Shown: positions 12,947 to 25,488 of the stretch, piece after piece
Position numbering within the stretch: position 1 is the stretch's first letter
How the letters are laid out: each line of letters opens with the position of its first letter
NCBI GenBank assembly: GCA_002189035.1
Contig: NEEC01000011.1
Location: 2,790,001 to 2,854,000, forward strand
DNA from: Utricularia gibba
Lineage: Eukaryota > Plantae > Magnoliophyta
DNA length: 64,000 nucleotides
Reading direction: 5' to 3'
Made by a program: the position numbers and the translations under genes
Notes under the pieces: model-generated
Seen by the model: only the letters and a program-made list of their open reading frames with translations
Told to the model about the DNA's origin: nothing
Database searches by the model: none

Positions 12947-13927
12947 ATGAAATCGGAGAATCAGTCGGATCCATCGCTGCCGTCGTCTGTCCATCACATC
13001 CGGCAGCGTTATGTCAACCGTTCACCGCCGCTGCCAAATAAACTGCCACGCCCGGCGGCATGGATGATCCTCCTCGTCGTCGCCGTCTACGCTCTGGGTA
13101 CGCCTCGAATCATATGTTTTCCGAAACCGTCGTCGATTCGGGACCCCACAGTGATTTCTCCGAGCAACACTGCGCCGCTGCGGTGTCCTACTCCGCGGTG
13201 CGGCGTACGATCCACGAACGCGTCTTCAACGGTAATTCGCCCTGGGACAATTTCCCTCCGCCGCATGTGGCGCCGCTCCTGGACCGGCAGTGGACTAAGG
13301 GATGGGGTCTAATGCCCCGGTTTTCGAGCATCTCATCACTCAGGTGAATCACACACAATCCTATCTCGTGAAAGATTATTTTGGCAAAACAATGTGCCAC
13401 TGTTTCATCGAGTTTTTCCACTGGTTCAGGTGCAGCCTAAAACCATCATCGAAGTGGGCACCTTTCTGGGCGCCTCCGCCACCCACATGGCGGCGCTGAC
13501 CAAAAGGCTAGGCCTCGACACCCAAATCATCTGCATCGACGATTTCCGCGGCTGGCCGGGATGGTACGACGGAGGTAAATCGATAAAGATGGTGAACGCA
13601 GACAGTCTCCTCCTGTACCAATTCATGCAGAACGTGGTCACCGCGAACGCGACGTCGTCGATCGTGATCCTCCCCTTCTCTTCCTCCACCGCCCTGAGTG
13701 GGCTCTGCGGCTGGGGAGTGTACGGCGATCTGGTAGAAATCGACGCAGCCCATGATTTTCACTCGGCGTGGGTTGATATCAATCATGGGTTCAAAGTTCT
13801 CCGGCCCGGCGGTGTCCTCTTCGGACACGATATTGCCTGGAAAGGCGTCAGAAGAGCCGTTCATCTTTTCGCGAAGATTCACGGCTTCCGTGTCAAAATC
13901 GACGGCGAACATTGGATCCTGTACTGA
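12947..13927 (+). CDS. Type II membrane-anchored class I SAM-dependent methyltransferase (Methyltransf_24-like), copy 1
   Basis: N-terminal hydrophobic segment, SPWDNFPPPHV, IIEVGTFLGASA (SAM motif I), IICIDDFRGWPG, VEIDAAHDFHSAW, LRPGGVLFGHD; intron 13344-13429; two -1 frameshifts in G-runs (13096-13098, 13304-13307). Confidence 0.85.
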
Positions 13928-14749
13928 GAATGCAATCCGCCGGCGGTGATGGGCACTGCTCGCCGTTTCATCTTTACTTGAATAATTTGAATCCCTTTAT
14001 ACTCATACCAACTTGTAACTTCAAACACTCCCCTCCTGAAGTGATTTTAATTCAAATTGGGATGAGTTCATTTCCCGAATTTTTCATTTTAATTCTTCAA
14101 AAATATTTTTAATGAAATGATTTTTAAAAAAATTATATGATAATAAAATTATTTCGAAAATTCATTAATTAAATTAAGATGAAAGGAGAAACCCAAAATT
14201 GAAACCCATATTATCACAATCACGCTTTCTATAGTGGGCCGAGCCAACACCCTTGTCGGCCCAAATTGAATGCCAGGTACCCAAAAACCCATTTTAATAG
14301 TCATTGAAAAAAAAACTATAACATTGTTATAAAAAATTTTTGGAACCTATTATTACTTTTTCAAAATTATTTTAGAAAAAAAATAAGAAGAAAAAGTAAG
14401 ATTCTCTTATTTGTTCAAAAGGTTAAGTTTGTCAGGGTGATTAATGAAAGATTTGATGCTCGAAAATAGTCTTATATTAACCTTAAATTTTGATACAAAA
14501 ATCTAAAACCAAACCATCTCTCCGGTACTTGATGTAATCTTTCCTTTGGATAAAATTTTGGATGAATTTTGAAAATATTTAATTTCATGAAAAAAATCAA
14601 AATCCGAGTTTTTGGGATATTTTAATAAAATTTCTTTGACAAACATAGGGCATCGTACACCGTCGATATGGTGGCTAGTTAGGCGAATGTCAACCACCGC
14701 GTGCGCATCACGTGCGCATGGCCAAATGAAAAACTTTGTACATGGACAT

Positions 14750-14948
14750 CAGGGCGCGAATCTTTAACTTGAATCTAGGGGGACAAAAAATTTTTTTTAT
14801 TAACCCATGCTTATTAATGTAAAATTAGAGAGGGCTAAAATTTAATTTTTATACTTTTAAATCTTATTAATTTTCAACCTTATTCATTTTTTAAAAAAAA
14901 CAAGAAGGGGCTACAGCCCATGTTCATTATGCTTAAGATCCGCCCGTG
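14750..14948. mobile_element. hAT-type MITE, 199 bp, with 8-bp target-site duplication
   Basis: Imperfect TIRs CAGGGCGCGAATCT ... AGATCCGCCCGTG flanked by direct repeat ATGGACAT (14742-14749 and 14949-14956). Confidence 0.85.
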
Positions 14949-15701
14949 ATGGACATCAACTATTTTGTTTTCGAATAAGAATAATAACAAAAAAAAATTA
15001 ATTTAAATTAATGATTTGAAATTTCAAAAAATGGATATAATTAAAAAATAATAGATATTTGCTAAAATAAGAATGTGAATAATGGAATATTCGATAATTT
15101 TGAAATTTTATATATAAATTTATAAATACAGATAATATTCTATTGCAATTGCCAAACCCTCAATCATTTAATCTCTATAACAAAATATAGTCAATTTCTT
15201 TATTAATATAAATTATACCCAACTTATAATCATCTTGTTTTACATATATATAAATTATACATAAATATTTTTATCAAATAATTTTGTTATACATGAAATG
15301 TAAAATATACTTTATAGAAATAATTGTTTATTTTTTCAAATATAATATTATTAACTATATGCATAAGATTTATAAACTAAACTCCAGTTTAAGTGCTACC
15401 TACGAACCAAAAGTGTACTATGAGAATTATTGATTTATAAACTAAACTCCAGTTTATATATTAAATGAAATAAATATTAAATAAAAATAATTATTTTAAT
15501 GAACATGATCATTTTCCTGAATATTACAAAATAGGACTATTTTGCAAACATTTATTTTGCAGAGGTCTATATTGCCTTGGCCGCCGAACTAGTACAATAA
15601 TCTCTTGCCATTGCAATTAGTCAATCACAGAATATAAAATATTTTTTAATGTTTTTAAATAATGACGACATTAATTTTGTCCTCAGACGAACAACACCGG
15701 G

Positions 15702-16680
15702 ATGAAACCAGATAACCAGACCAATCTTTTCGTGCCGTCGTCTTTCCAGCGCATCCGGCAGCGTTCTATCAACCCATCGTCGCCGCTGCTAAAAAGATTG
15801 GCACAGCTGGTGGGATGGGTGATCCTCCTGCTCGCCACTGCCTACAATGTCTGGTGTGCGTCGGATCATCTTCGTTCCGCCGCCGCCGTCAAGTCGGGAT
15901 TCGATGTGGGAGAACATGGTAATTTCTCCGATCAACGCTGCGCTGACCCCTTGCCCCACTCCGCCGTGCGCCAAACGATTCACAACCGCGTCTTCAATGG
16001 TACATCGCCGTGGGACAATTTCCCGCCGCCGCATGTGGCCCAGATGCTGGATCGTGAGTGGACTGAGGGAGGGGGCTGCAACGCCTCCGTTTTCGAATAT
16101 CTCATTGCCCAGGTAAACCATATTTTTGGACCTTTCTAAATGATTTTATCGTGCGTGTTCATGATTTTTACTACTGGTTCAGGTGCGGCCTAAAACCATC
16201 ATCGAAGTGGGGGCCTTTCTGGGGGCCTCCGCCACCCACATGGCGGCGGTGACCAAAAAGCTCGGCCTCGACACACAAATTATCTGCATTGACGATTTTC
16301 GCGGCGGGCCGGGATGGGATGACGGGGGTAAATCGATGAAGATGGTGAACGGAGACAACCTCCTTCTGTACCAATTCATGCACAACGTCGTCGCCGCGAA
16401 CGCGACGGAGTCGATCGTGATGTTCCCCTTCTCGCCGTCCACCGGACTAGGTGGGCTGTGCGAGATGGGAGTGTTCGGTGATCTTGTCGAAATCGACGCG
16501 GCACAGGATTTTCACTCGGCGTGGATTGATATCAATCATGGGTTCAAAGTTCTCCGGCCCGGCGGTGTCCTCTTCGGACACGATATTGCTCGGGAAGGTG
16601 TCCGGAAAGCTGTCCATCTTTTCGCCAAGATTTTCGGCTTTCGTGTCCAAATCGACGGCGAGCATTGGATCCTGCAGTGA
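15702..16680 (+). CDS. Tandem paralog of the SAM-dependent methyltransferase, copy 2
   Basis: Same two-exon structure (intron 16113-16182), open frame, 3' flank shared with copy 1 (GAGAATGCAATCCGCCGGCGGTGAT). Confidence 0.85.
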
Positions 16681-17186
16681 GAATGCAATCCGCCGGCGGT
16701 GATAGATATCGCTCGCCGTTTCATCTTCACCTCAATGATTTAAATTTTATACTGAAACCAACTTGTAACTTCAGACGTATGGTTTTATCCACTGGATTTT
16801 CGATATTCAGAATTCGATCAATCGATTAACCGAATTTTTACCGATTTTGACTGAATCAAATGATTCAGCCAAGACAACAACCAGGAGTAATTGTAACTTT
16901 CAAATTCAAGATTGAATTTTTATGGGTTCTGCTTGAATCCAACCATGGAGCACCAGGTGTTAGTGGAGGAGAGTTTCACGATCCCAGAATTGGAACCCGA
17001 ATCATACGATCTTGGACTGAATCCTTCTTGAGTTCAAGGTAAAAGTGGTTAACAAAGTAAACCATCTGGACAACACAGGGACCAATGATCTACAGAATCA
17101 CTCCCAATAGCAACAGCAGAAAAATTCTGTGAGATCTTTATGAAACCATATCAGCTGTATGAAGCTGCCTACAAGAAGCAGATCTC

Positions 17187-18954
17187 TCATTCCTGATTTG
17201 GTGCCTCAGAGAGTCTCACTGATCGTGGGAGCATGAACTCAGCAAATACTGGATAGTGAGAAGAGGGATAGAAGCCGTCTACATTGTCGCTCACCACCTC
17301 GCATGCAACCGGGATCAAAGATCTTCCCCGGAAGAGTATCCAGTCGACGTGCAGATCCTGCGTATGGCGGTCCCAGCAGAGGCAGAGTGCTCTGAACACG
17401 AGCTTGAGATACTCCAGCGTCCCCTGCTTGTCTCCTGATGAAACTTGGAAGCAAAACTAGTTGACTGCACTTGGTAGTGACAATGTAGTAGCAACTGATA
17501 CCTTTGAACCCATGGAATGTGTGGATCAGTGAGACGTTTCTCCGAACACGGGCGTTCGGCCAAGCATCTCGCATGTCGCCTACAACTCCATGTTCCCTGA
17601 GATTTATTCTATTTATCAGGCAATGCAGTTTTACTGTGATAACAGCAGCTGCCTGGAGTAGATGAACATACCTTGATCTTCCAAGAAGGAACCGGCCGGT
17701 GGTGGATTCCTTTTGTGTGTTGAACCCTCCACAGTAAACAACAGGCAAGTTGGGAGGCAAAGAAGCAATATGCTGCCAAGTCAAAAGAGCGCCACGCCTT
17801 CGAGCTCGAGAGCTAGACTCGTCCATGTTAGTGTTCACAATTTGAAATGAAAAACCAGGGGGCTCAACTCCTTTAAGCTGGAATGTGTACACATTTGATC
17901 AAGGAAGCCAGTGGAGGAAATAATCTAAACATGTACCAAAAAACTGGCATCACAAGAAGGATATAGCCCATGTAGATATGCACGGCTCTGTCGAACCCCA
18001 TGAAATGCTACCCGGAACGGAAGGCGACTCCGATAACCAGAATGTTCCACCTTCTAGGAACTCAACCTGCGTCAGTTACTCAATATCACTCAGACCAACT
18101 TCACGTTGTAAACAAATCAGACCAACCAGGATGGCATAGAAGATAGTGCAGCATCAGGCAATTTACCTTTTCCTTGTCATAGAAGATAGTGCAGTACTGA
18201 TCAGAAGTATCTTCGAAGCCTTTTCTAGATATTCCGAATTGCTCATAACCTTTTTGGATCACGACAGAGGAAAGCCCACATGAGACCTTGCAAATCATTG
18301 GATGAACTAAAAAGCACATAAGCCATTAGGCACTACTTCACCATCAAACTGATGTACTTTCATAGTAAAAAGGTGAGTTTAAGCGCATCAACCAACACAA
18401 TTTTAATGCAAAATCAGTAAGCCGATGAAAGCACATTGAGCACAGAAGATACAGAGGAGCTTATCAATGTACACCAAATATCCAGAAAGCTGTTAGCTTT
18501 GTCAAATTAGGGCACCATTCATGGTGCCCAAGTTTTACAATTGCTACACTAAACGAATGCAAATCCAAATCACGAACGGATCACATCAACCAAAAATCAA
18601 ATCTACCTGGCAGACATTCCTGGAGATAATCCAACTGTGGCTTCAACCCTGGCAACAATAAAAGAAGCAGATTAAGAAAAAATGGAACTCATCCAACCAA
18701 TCAGTCAAAAGGTTAAAAAGACCTCTTTCTTAATACAACAAAAAGAAAAATACCCATTTCCCATCAACCCTTGAAAGGCCATAAATAACAACAACCGAAA
18801 TCTAAAAAATACCCTGCTGCGTGCAAAGGATGGCCGGAGAATACCCAGTTATAACTGTAACGCACAAATCCTTCCTCTTTTCCCAGGAATTGGGGCTACC
18901 CTCGGGCTGATCGTCGTGAAGATTGAATGTCATTACAGTCAATGAAACATTCAT
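17187..18954 (-). CDS. Endonuclease/exonuclease/phosphatase (EEP) family protein, multi-exon
   Basis: MNVSLTVMTFNLHDDQPEGSPNSWEKR, GTFWLSESPSVPGS, IVNTNMDE, CGGFNT, VDWILFRG, YPSSHYPVFAEF. Confidence 0.9.
17887..17964 (-). other. U12-type (minor spliceosome) AT-AC intron in the EEP gene
   Basis: 5' site ATATCCTTC, branch TTCCTTGAT about 12 nt before the terminal GTAC; removing it joins ...CISTWA to TFQLKG in frame. Confidence 0.88.
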
Positions 18955-19396
18955 CTTGCTCCTTGCTTACCCCTCCCACTTCTTCTTCACTTCATCGCTG
19001 CACTGAAAATCAATCCCATAAAGACCCCGCGTGCAGAAGGCGTACGAGCCACCGAGCCGTTCCCGCTGTGTGCTTGTTGCCTTGTACAGAAATTGACAGC
19101 TCGTGGACCAAATCTGGATTCCCCCGTGTCCGAAACTCACGTCCCGGTCAGACCGGCGTGCCACGTGAAAACATCGAAAAGGACTAGAAAAAAAAAACCA
19201 GTTTGTGTTTTTTAATACTATTTTAAAAAGAAATTCCCTAATTAAAAATCAAGTTTAATAAATTAATTGAAAAAAAATATTACCCATGTTAAATTACTAA
19301 AGTATCCCGGACTTGCCTGAAAAAAGATAGCTCAGATTTATTTCGCACACGACTCTTAGTCTCACACACACAAAACAGCAACAAGAAGCTACATTT

Positions 19397-21422
19397 TCAG
19401 TCAACTTCCTCGATCTTTGGTCCAGCGCCGCCGTCTCCGCCGGTTCCGGTGGCGGTGGGGGTGGGGGTGTCACCGGTTGCCTCGTACATCCCTGAAATGA
19501 TGGGATTACAAAGGGCCTCAAGCTCCTTTAACTTGTCTTCCAATTCCTCCACCTCCGCCAGCTGATTCCGATCTATCCACTCAATAGTCTCACTCACAGC
19601 CTTCTCGATCTTGTCCTTGTCGCCGGGATTCAGCTTTCCGGAGAACTTGTCGTCCCTCACCGTGTTCCTCATGTTGTACACGTAGTTCTCCAGTGTGTTC
19701 CTCGCCTCTATCTTCTTCTTCACTTCCTCATCCTCTGACTTGTACCTCTCTGCATCCTGCACCATTTTATCTATCTCGTCTTTGCTCAGTCTCCCCTTGT
19801 CATTTGTGATCGTGATCTTGTTTCTCACTCCCGCCGTCTTGTCCTCCGCCGTGACGTTGAGGATCCCGTTGGCGTCGATGTCGAAGACAACGTTAATTTG
19901 CGGAACACCCCGGGGCGCCGGTGGGATTCCGGTCAGCTCGAATTTCCCGAGCATGTTGTTGTCTCTTGTCCGCGCCCTTTCCCCTTCATATACCTGAATA
20001 AGAACTCCGGGCTGGTTATCGGAGTAAGTAGAGAAGATCTGCTCCTTCTTGGTCGGAATCGTAGTGTTTCTCGGGATCAACACAGTCATCACTCCCCCGC
20101 GGTTTCCAGCCCAAGTGACAACGGTGTTACATCTAGGAGCAACAAATCCTGAACCTTCTCATCACCTTCGCCCATTAGAATCGCCGCCTGCACCGCCGCG
20201 CCGTAGGCAACGGCCTCATCGGATTTATGCTCTTGCACAGCTCCTTCCCATTGAAGAAATCCTGCAACAGCTGCTGAACCTTGGGAATCCTCGTCGACCC
20301 TCCGACGAGCACCACTTCGTTGACGCGGGATTTGTCAATCTTGGCATCACGGAGACATTTCTCCACTGGCTCCATGCATTTCATGAAGAGATCCATACAG
20401 AGCTCCTCGAATCGCGCCCTGGTGATCGTGGCGTAAAAGTCGATTCCTTCGAACAGAGAATCGACTTCTATCGTTGTCTGAGATGTGGAAGACAGCGTCC
20501 GCTTTGCTCTTTCGCAGGAAGTTCTCAATCTCCTTAAAGCCCTTGCGTGTCCGCTGATGTCTTTTTTGTGCTTTCGCCGGAACTCCGACACGAAGTGGTT
20601 CACCAGCCGGTTGTCGAAATCCTCGCCGCCGAGATGGGTGTCGCCCGCAGTTGCCTTCACCTATCAAATCCATGAAACAGAATAAGATGCAGTTTAATTT
20701 ACAAAGAGTTGAACTAACAGTTAAAGAACCTCGAAAATCCCTTCCTCTATGGTGAGAAGGGAGACATCGAAGGTGCCGCCGCCGAGGTCGAAGACGAGAA
20801 CATCTTGTTCTCCTTTTCTAGAGCCCTTCTTGTCCAGGCCGTAGGCTATGGCGGCGGCGGTGGGTTCGTTGATGATTCTGAGGACGTTCAGGCCGGCGAT
20901 GGCGCCGGCGTCTTTCGTAGCCTGTCTCTGAGAGTCGTTGAAGTAAGCCGGGACGGTAACAACAGCGTTCTTGATACCGTATCCAAGGAAAGATTCAGCC
21001 GTTTCCTTCATCTTGGTCAAGACCATGGACGAAATCTCCTCGGCGGAGAACTGTTTCTCCTCTCCCTTATAAGAAACCACGATCATGGGCTTTTCGGAGG
21101 CGCCGCCGCGGGAAACGACTTTGAAGGGCCATAGCTTGATGTCGTTCTGCACGGAATTGTCTGAGAAACGTCGCCCGATGAGGCGCTTGGCGTCGAAGAC
21201 GGTGTTGTGGGGGTTGGTGGCGACTTGGTTCTTGGCGGCGTCGCCGATGAGACGCTCGGTATCGGTGAAAGCGACGTAAGACGGCGTCGTGCGGTTACCT
21301 TGGTCGTTGGGGATGATCTCGACGCGGTCACTCATCCAAACGCCGACGCAGCTGTAGGTCGTGCCGAGGTCGATTCCGATGGCCTTGTTAGTATTCACCC
21401 TGTCCGTCGAAGAAGAAGCCAT
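19397..21422 (-). CDS. HSP70: Cytosolic HSP70 (HSP70-5/HSP70B-like)
   Basis: [41 protein letters not shown]-terminal GPKIEEVD; intron 20661-20729; two -1 frameshifts (20221-20222, 20094-20098). Confidence 0.95.
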
Positions 21423-21717
21423 TACTGCTCGTGATACCGAATCAGAAACACCAGACACAGCTTTCCAATGCCTGAATCACACATTATATACCGCCTTACA
21501 ACGTCGGTTCTCCGATAGAAGAAACTGGAACCTTGCAAGGTGTCCATAGGAAGATGCATGCTCAATCCACGCGTATCGGTGGAGGTTCAGGGACCGAATT
21601 CGGAATTTTACAAAATTCAGGGACCGAAAATCGAATACCCAAAACCCGTTTCCGATTTACCCGGGTGCCCATTCTTTACCCAAACATAAGTTAAATGGGC
21701 TGTAGAGCGAAGCTCAA

Positions 21718-21755
21718 GAACATTCAGGCCCATTTAGGCATTGGTCGGAATCTTC
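21718..21755. promoter_or_regulatory. Two-unit heat-shock elements between HSP70 and MIR156
   Basis: GAACATTC (21718-21725) and GAATCTTC (21748-21755) match GAAnnTTC; each has only two units. Confidence 0.45.
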
Positions 21756-22599
21756 CAAGGAGGATTCCACTATTGGAAATCGGGACTTCAACTGCCCACT
21801 ATTTCCCAAAATAACACATTTACTCTCCAATATTTATTTATTTAATATTTATTAGCATAATTATTTTTAAAATTTTTTTTATCGAAGTAGTGATAACTAA
21901 TCCCTAAAATTTAAAATTGTGAGGATTTATTTTATTCCATAAATATTTAACGTGAAAATTTATCTTTTAAGCATCAATCATTTAGCCCCATTCGTAGTAA
22001 GATTGCTATTTTTATAAAAAGGACCAGACACGTGACGGCATTTAATTTGTCCTCATCATTTGAAGGCTGTAAGAGAGTAAGAGAAAGCTTTCTGACACTT
22101 CGCTCAGATTTCTTTGCAGCTTTAATTTGTTCTTCTTGACCGCTCCCCTCATTCTTCTTGTTCATTGATGAGAGAAACTTCATGGATTTTTAGAAAATGG
22201 GAAAAATTAAAATTCCATTCTTAAAGAACCCAACAGACTTTTCATCATCTCCTTGTTGTTGTTACGACTTAAAAGGTTTTTCCGTTACACAGCGTTTTGT
22301 GGATGAAGATGCCATGGAGAATGCGACATTTGTGAAACAGTTGTGCGCACTGAAAGTGTACTGGTGGAGGAGACCTCGTGACTGTCAAAATGTCGATAAA
22401 TATGGCACCAAAAGGGGAAGTTTTTGCACAACGTCTCGCCGTTTTCCTGCCACCGCCCGGAAGAAAGAAAGAAAGTGTTGTACTGAGAGAGCGGTTACCA
22501 AGGGGGGTTCTTCCCCAAAATGGATCGCCAGATCTGACCATGTTTGGCAATGAAGCTTCCAGATGAAGCGGGGGGCGGGTTCTGAGATGGGGATTTCAG

Positions 22600-22692
22600 A
22601 AATCTGACAGAAGAGAGCGAGCACTCGCAGCGCATTCGTAACAAGGTGTTACCTTGCTTCGTCGTGTGCTCGCTTCTCTGCCTGTCAGGTTT
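22600..22692 (+). ncRNA. MIR156: MIR156 precursor hairpin; mature TGACAGAAGAGAGCGAGCAC at 22605-22624
   Basis: 20-nt miR156-family sequence on the 5' arm; complementary arm GTGCTCGCTTCTCTGCCTGTCAG at 22666-22688; stem extends AAATC/GGTTT. Confidence 0.95.
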
Positions 22693-23627
22693 CTTCATCA
22701 TTTTTGCTGTTTCTTCTTCTTCTTCGCTTTGTGGATTCCCAGTCTTGTGTATAATGCGTTGTATCGATGTTTTTTTGTTACAAAGAAGGAGAAACTGTAC
22801 AACGATGACAATACGCCATCGGAATGAAATCATTTCACGTAAGCATGCCGGCGCCACCACCACCGCCGTGCTTGTTTTGTTAATGTTTCTATTGCAGATC
22901 TGGGGATCTGGGGTTCGAGGTGTCTTATGGATCTGCCAGATTCTTACATCAAAAAGCAATCTTTTATGCGTCATTTGCCTGAACCATCAGCTTTGTAGCT
23001 TCATGGTGTTAATCTAGAACCGCAGCATCCTGTCATGGGGTTTGACTGAAACTTGACTACTCTCGTTTCTCCCTCTTCGTTGATAGGCACTGACCACAGT
23101 TTTTTTCATGTTCGACATCTCCTCCCAAGACGAGGAAAGGAATGCTTCAGATGGAAGCATCAGGAGGTGCTGTTGTTGGTGGCTACCGCTGACAGATCTG
23201 GTGTTATCAAAGAATCTGCCTCATTCCTCATCAGATATCCATGGCAGGGAATGAAGATCAAGATGAAGATGGCGGCACCATCAATTTCATGCAAACCCTT
23301 TCTAGGTGATATAATGATTTGCAGGAGAATTTTGATATGCATTTGGAATAGTGAAAGACCTGCTGCTCTTCATTGTACTCCCTTTCTGTCGTTAGGGTGT
23401 AATGGATGTGGCGTTTGAAATGGCCTAAAATGAACCTCAAAATATTCAATTGCCATTAGAGAAGCTTCTGCATCTAAACACACTTGATAAGATACAATGC
23501 AACGAAAGCAAGCAGTGAGTCAGACAACCGAGGACCTTTTCTCCCCCAAGTGTATTCATTCCAGCAACATTATGGTATATGGACGGAAGAATAGCACACA
23601 TAGCAACACCTTCCTGAGCAGAAATAT

Positions 23628-25160
23628 TCATAACACTGTGCAACACTGATTTGTCTTTTTTGCTTGCTTGTAGAACATCTGTTTCAAAAATTTCATGAAA
23701 GCTGTTACTTTTTCTTGTAGATCAGTATGGCAAAGGACCGGATAAGAATTCAAGGAAGACGAGCTGAACTCATACATCAGAAGGAAGATCGGAATGCATA
23801 CCTGTGAAGCTGCGCTGAGATCAGAACTCTTCTCAACCAAGCTGTCTAACTTCTCTCCTCGTGCTAGCACACTGTCAATTGTCTTGTGCTGAAATAGGCG
23901 GATAAAGATGTTACTATACCCACTGCGAAGGCTGAATGATCTGAAAATAAAGGTTCCCTTTCCATGGGCATAGATATTTCCAAGCACGAACCAGCTACTC
24001 ATAAAAAAAGAAGATGTGCAGTAACGATGCACAAACAAGTGATTTCCATGTGAAACATGTTTTTCAAACACATTCCCGTAGCAATTAGACCTAGTTAAAA
24101 GTTTTTTACAGATTTTCATGACAGAGGGGCATAAGATTCAGTCTTGAGGAGCACTTACAAGTATGATTTTAGTTTCATCCAACTCCCTTTGAATCTTCAA
24201 CAGCTTATCAGCTTCGGCAGGGTCCTTAAAGGGTTTTAAATAAAAAATTAAGAAGCTAAACATATTAAGAGGAGAGGGAAGAATGCTCAAGGAAAAAATA
24301 TATAGAGAGAGGAAATGAACTACCTGAAACTTAGTCAGGGACTCTGTTAGGTAAGGCCATTGCTGTGTTACATCTGCTTCAACAGTTTTCCATGAATCAC
24401 CGAAGTTCTTTTGATATTCGTCTAAGACCTGATAGGTCATATCATAATTTAAAATTTCAGGCGAGTTACAAGCACACTACAGGTAGAGAACATCAAGGGC
24501 CATTACCTGGTTGAGCAATGAAAAAGCACTCCTTACAGGGTAGTGATCATCCATGAAACCCAAAGCGCACAATCCGTTTCGATTGTAAGAGTGAACCTTG
24601 TACTCTGGTATTAAAATCAAGGGAACAAATTATCATCTATTACGTTCCTGCAGCACCTTGAAACATAACTACAAATAAAAAGATCCCTCTCCCAGGGCAC
24701 ACGAACAAAAATAGCCAGGAAGCTATCACCGGAAAGAAAATCTGATTGATAAGAAACCCAAACGGAAGGCAAATAAGTGTTTTCCCTTTCAATCTGCAAA
24801 GCTATAATGCGCACTTTCATAGAATTCCAGGACTAAAGCTACCATCAGATTTTCTTGAATCCATAGGAACGAAAAAGCCCTAGATCTAAACGTCCAAATC
24901 AACAAATAACATCGCGAAAACGGACGGAATCAAAGAACGATACAAAAGAAAAAAAGAATCAGACCTTCATGCTGCACCGATTGGCGTTGGTTCAAAGGTG
25001 TCCGCTTCGCCACCGTCCGTCCAAAGAACACGATAAACTCCTTGACGCTGGGACGTTGAAAGAAGCCGAAATTGCTCAGATCGGAAGCGTTAGCCAAAAT
25101 GATCGGATCCGATCCCTCTGAAACGCATTTCAACACGAGCAACGCCGTAATCTTCACCAT
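23628..25160 (-). CDS. YKT61: YKT6-type longin R-SNARE, multi-exon
   Basis: MVKITALLVLKC...LANASDLSNFGFFQRPSVKEFIVF, DPAEADKLLKIQRELDETKIIL, TIDSVLARGEKLDSLVEKSSDLS, C-terminal CCTVL prenylation motif. Confidence 0.95.
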
Positions 25161-25488
25161 CTTCTTCCGGCCCCGCCCTCTGCCCTTCCCTCGGAAAATT
25201 TCATATATTTCCCCGTCAGGATAAACAATTGCTGTTTATGTCAAGTGTAGAAGGGATCTAATTCCCTGCGCGGTGAGTCTCATACAGCTGTCTGGTCGGC
25301 AAGTCATTTTATGGTGATTAAATTTGCAAATTGTGTATTTAGCTGAAAATTAGTAGATTAATAATTATTATTGATTAAATTTAATATAAGATATTATAAA
25401 TTAAATAAATATATTATGTGATAAATTCGCTGCGGTTGCCGCGACGGAACCCATCTCCTCTCAAAACTTGACCTGTTTGGAGGGAAAA

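Noticed and set aside
11069-20537. Long antisense or off-frame ORFs (e.g. 11069-11665, 13508-13912, 19695-19997, 20049-20537)
   Set aside because: Shadows of GC-rich real genes or read-through of short introns; no independent motifs.
22646-23418. ORFs of 60-160 aa around and after the hairpin as protein-coding genes
   Set aside because: No recognisable protein and inconsistent frames; explained as the pri-miR156 transcript region.
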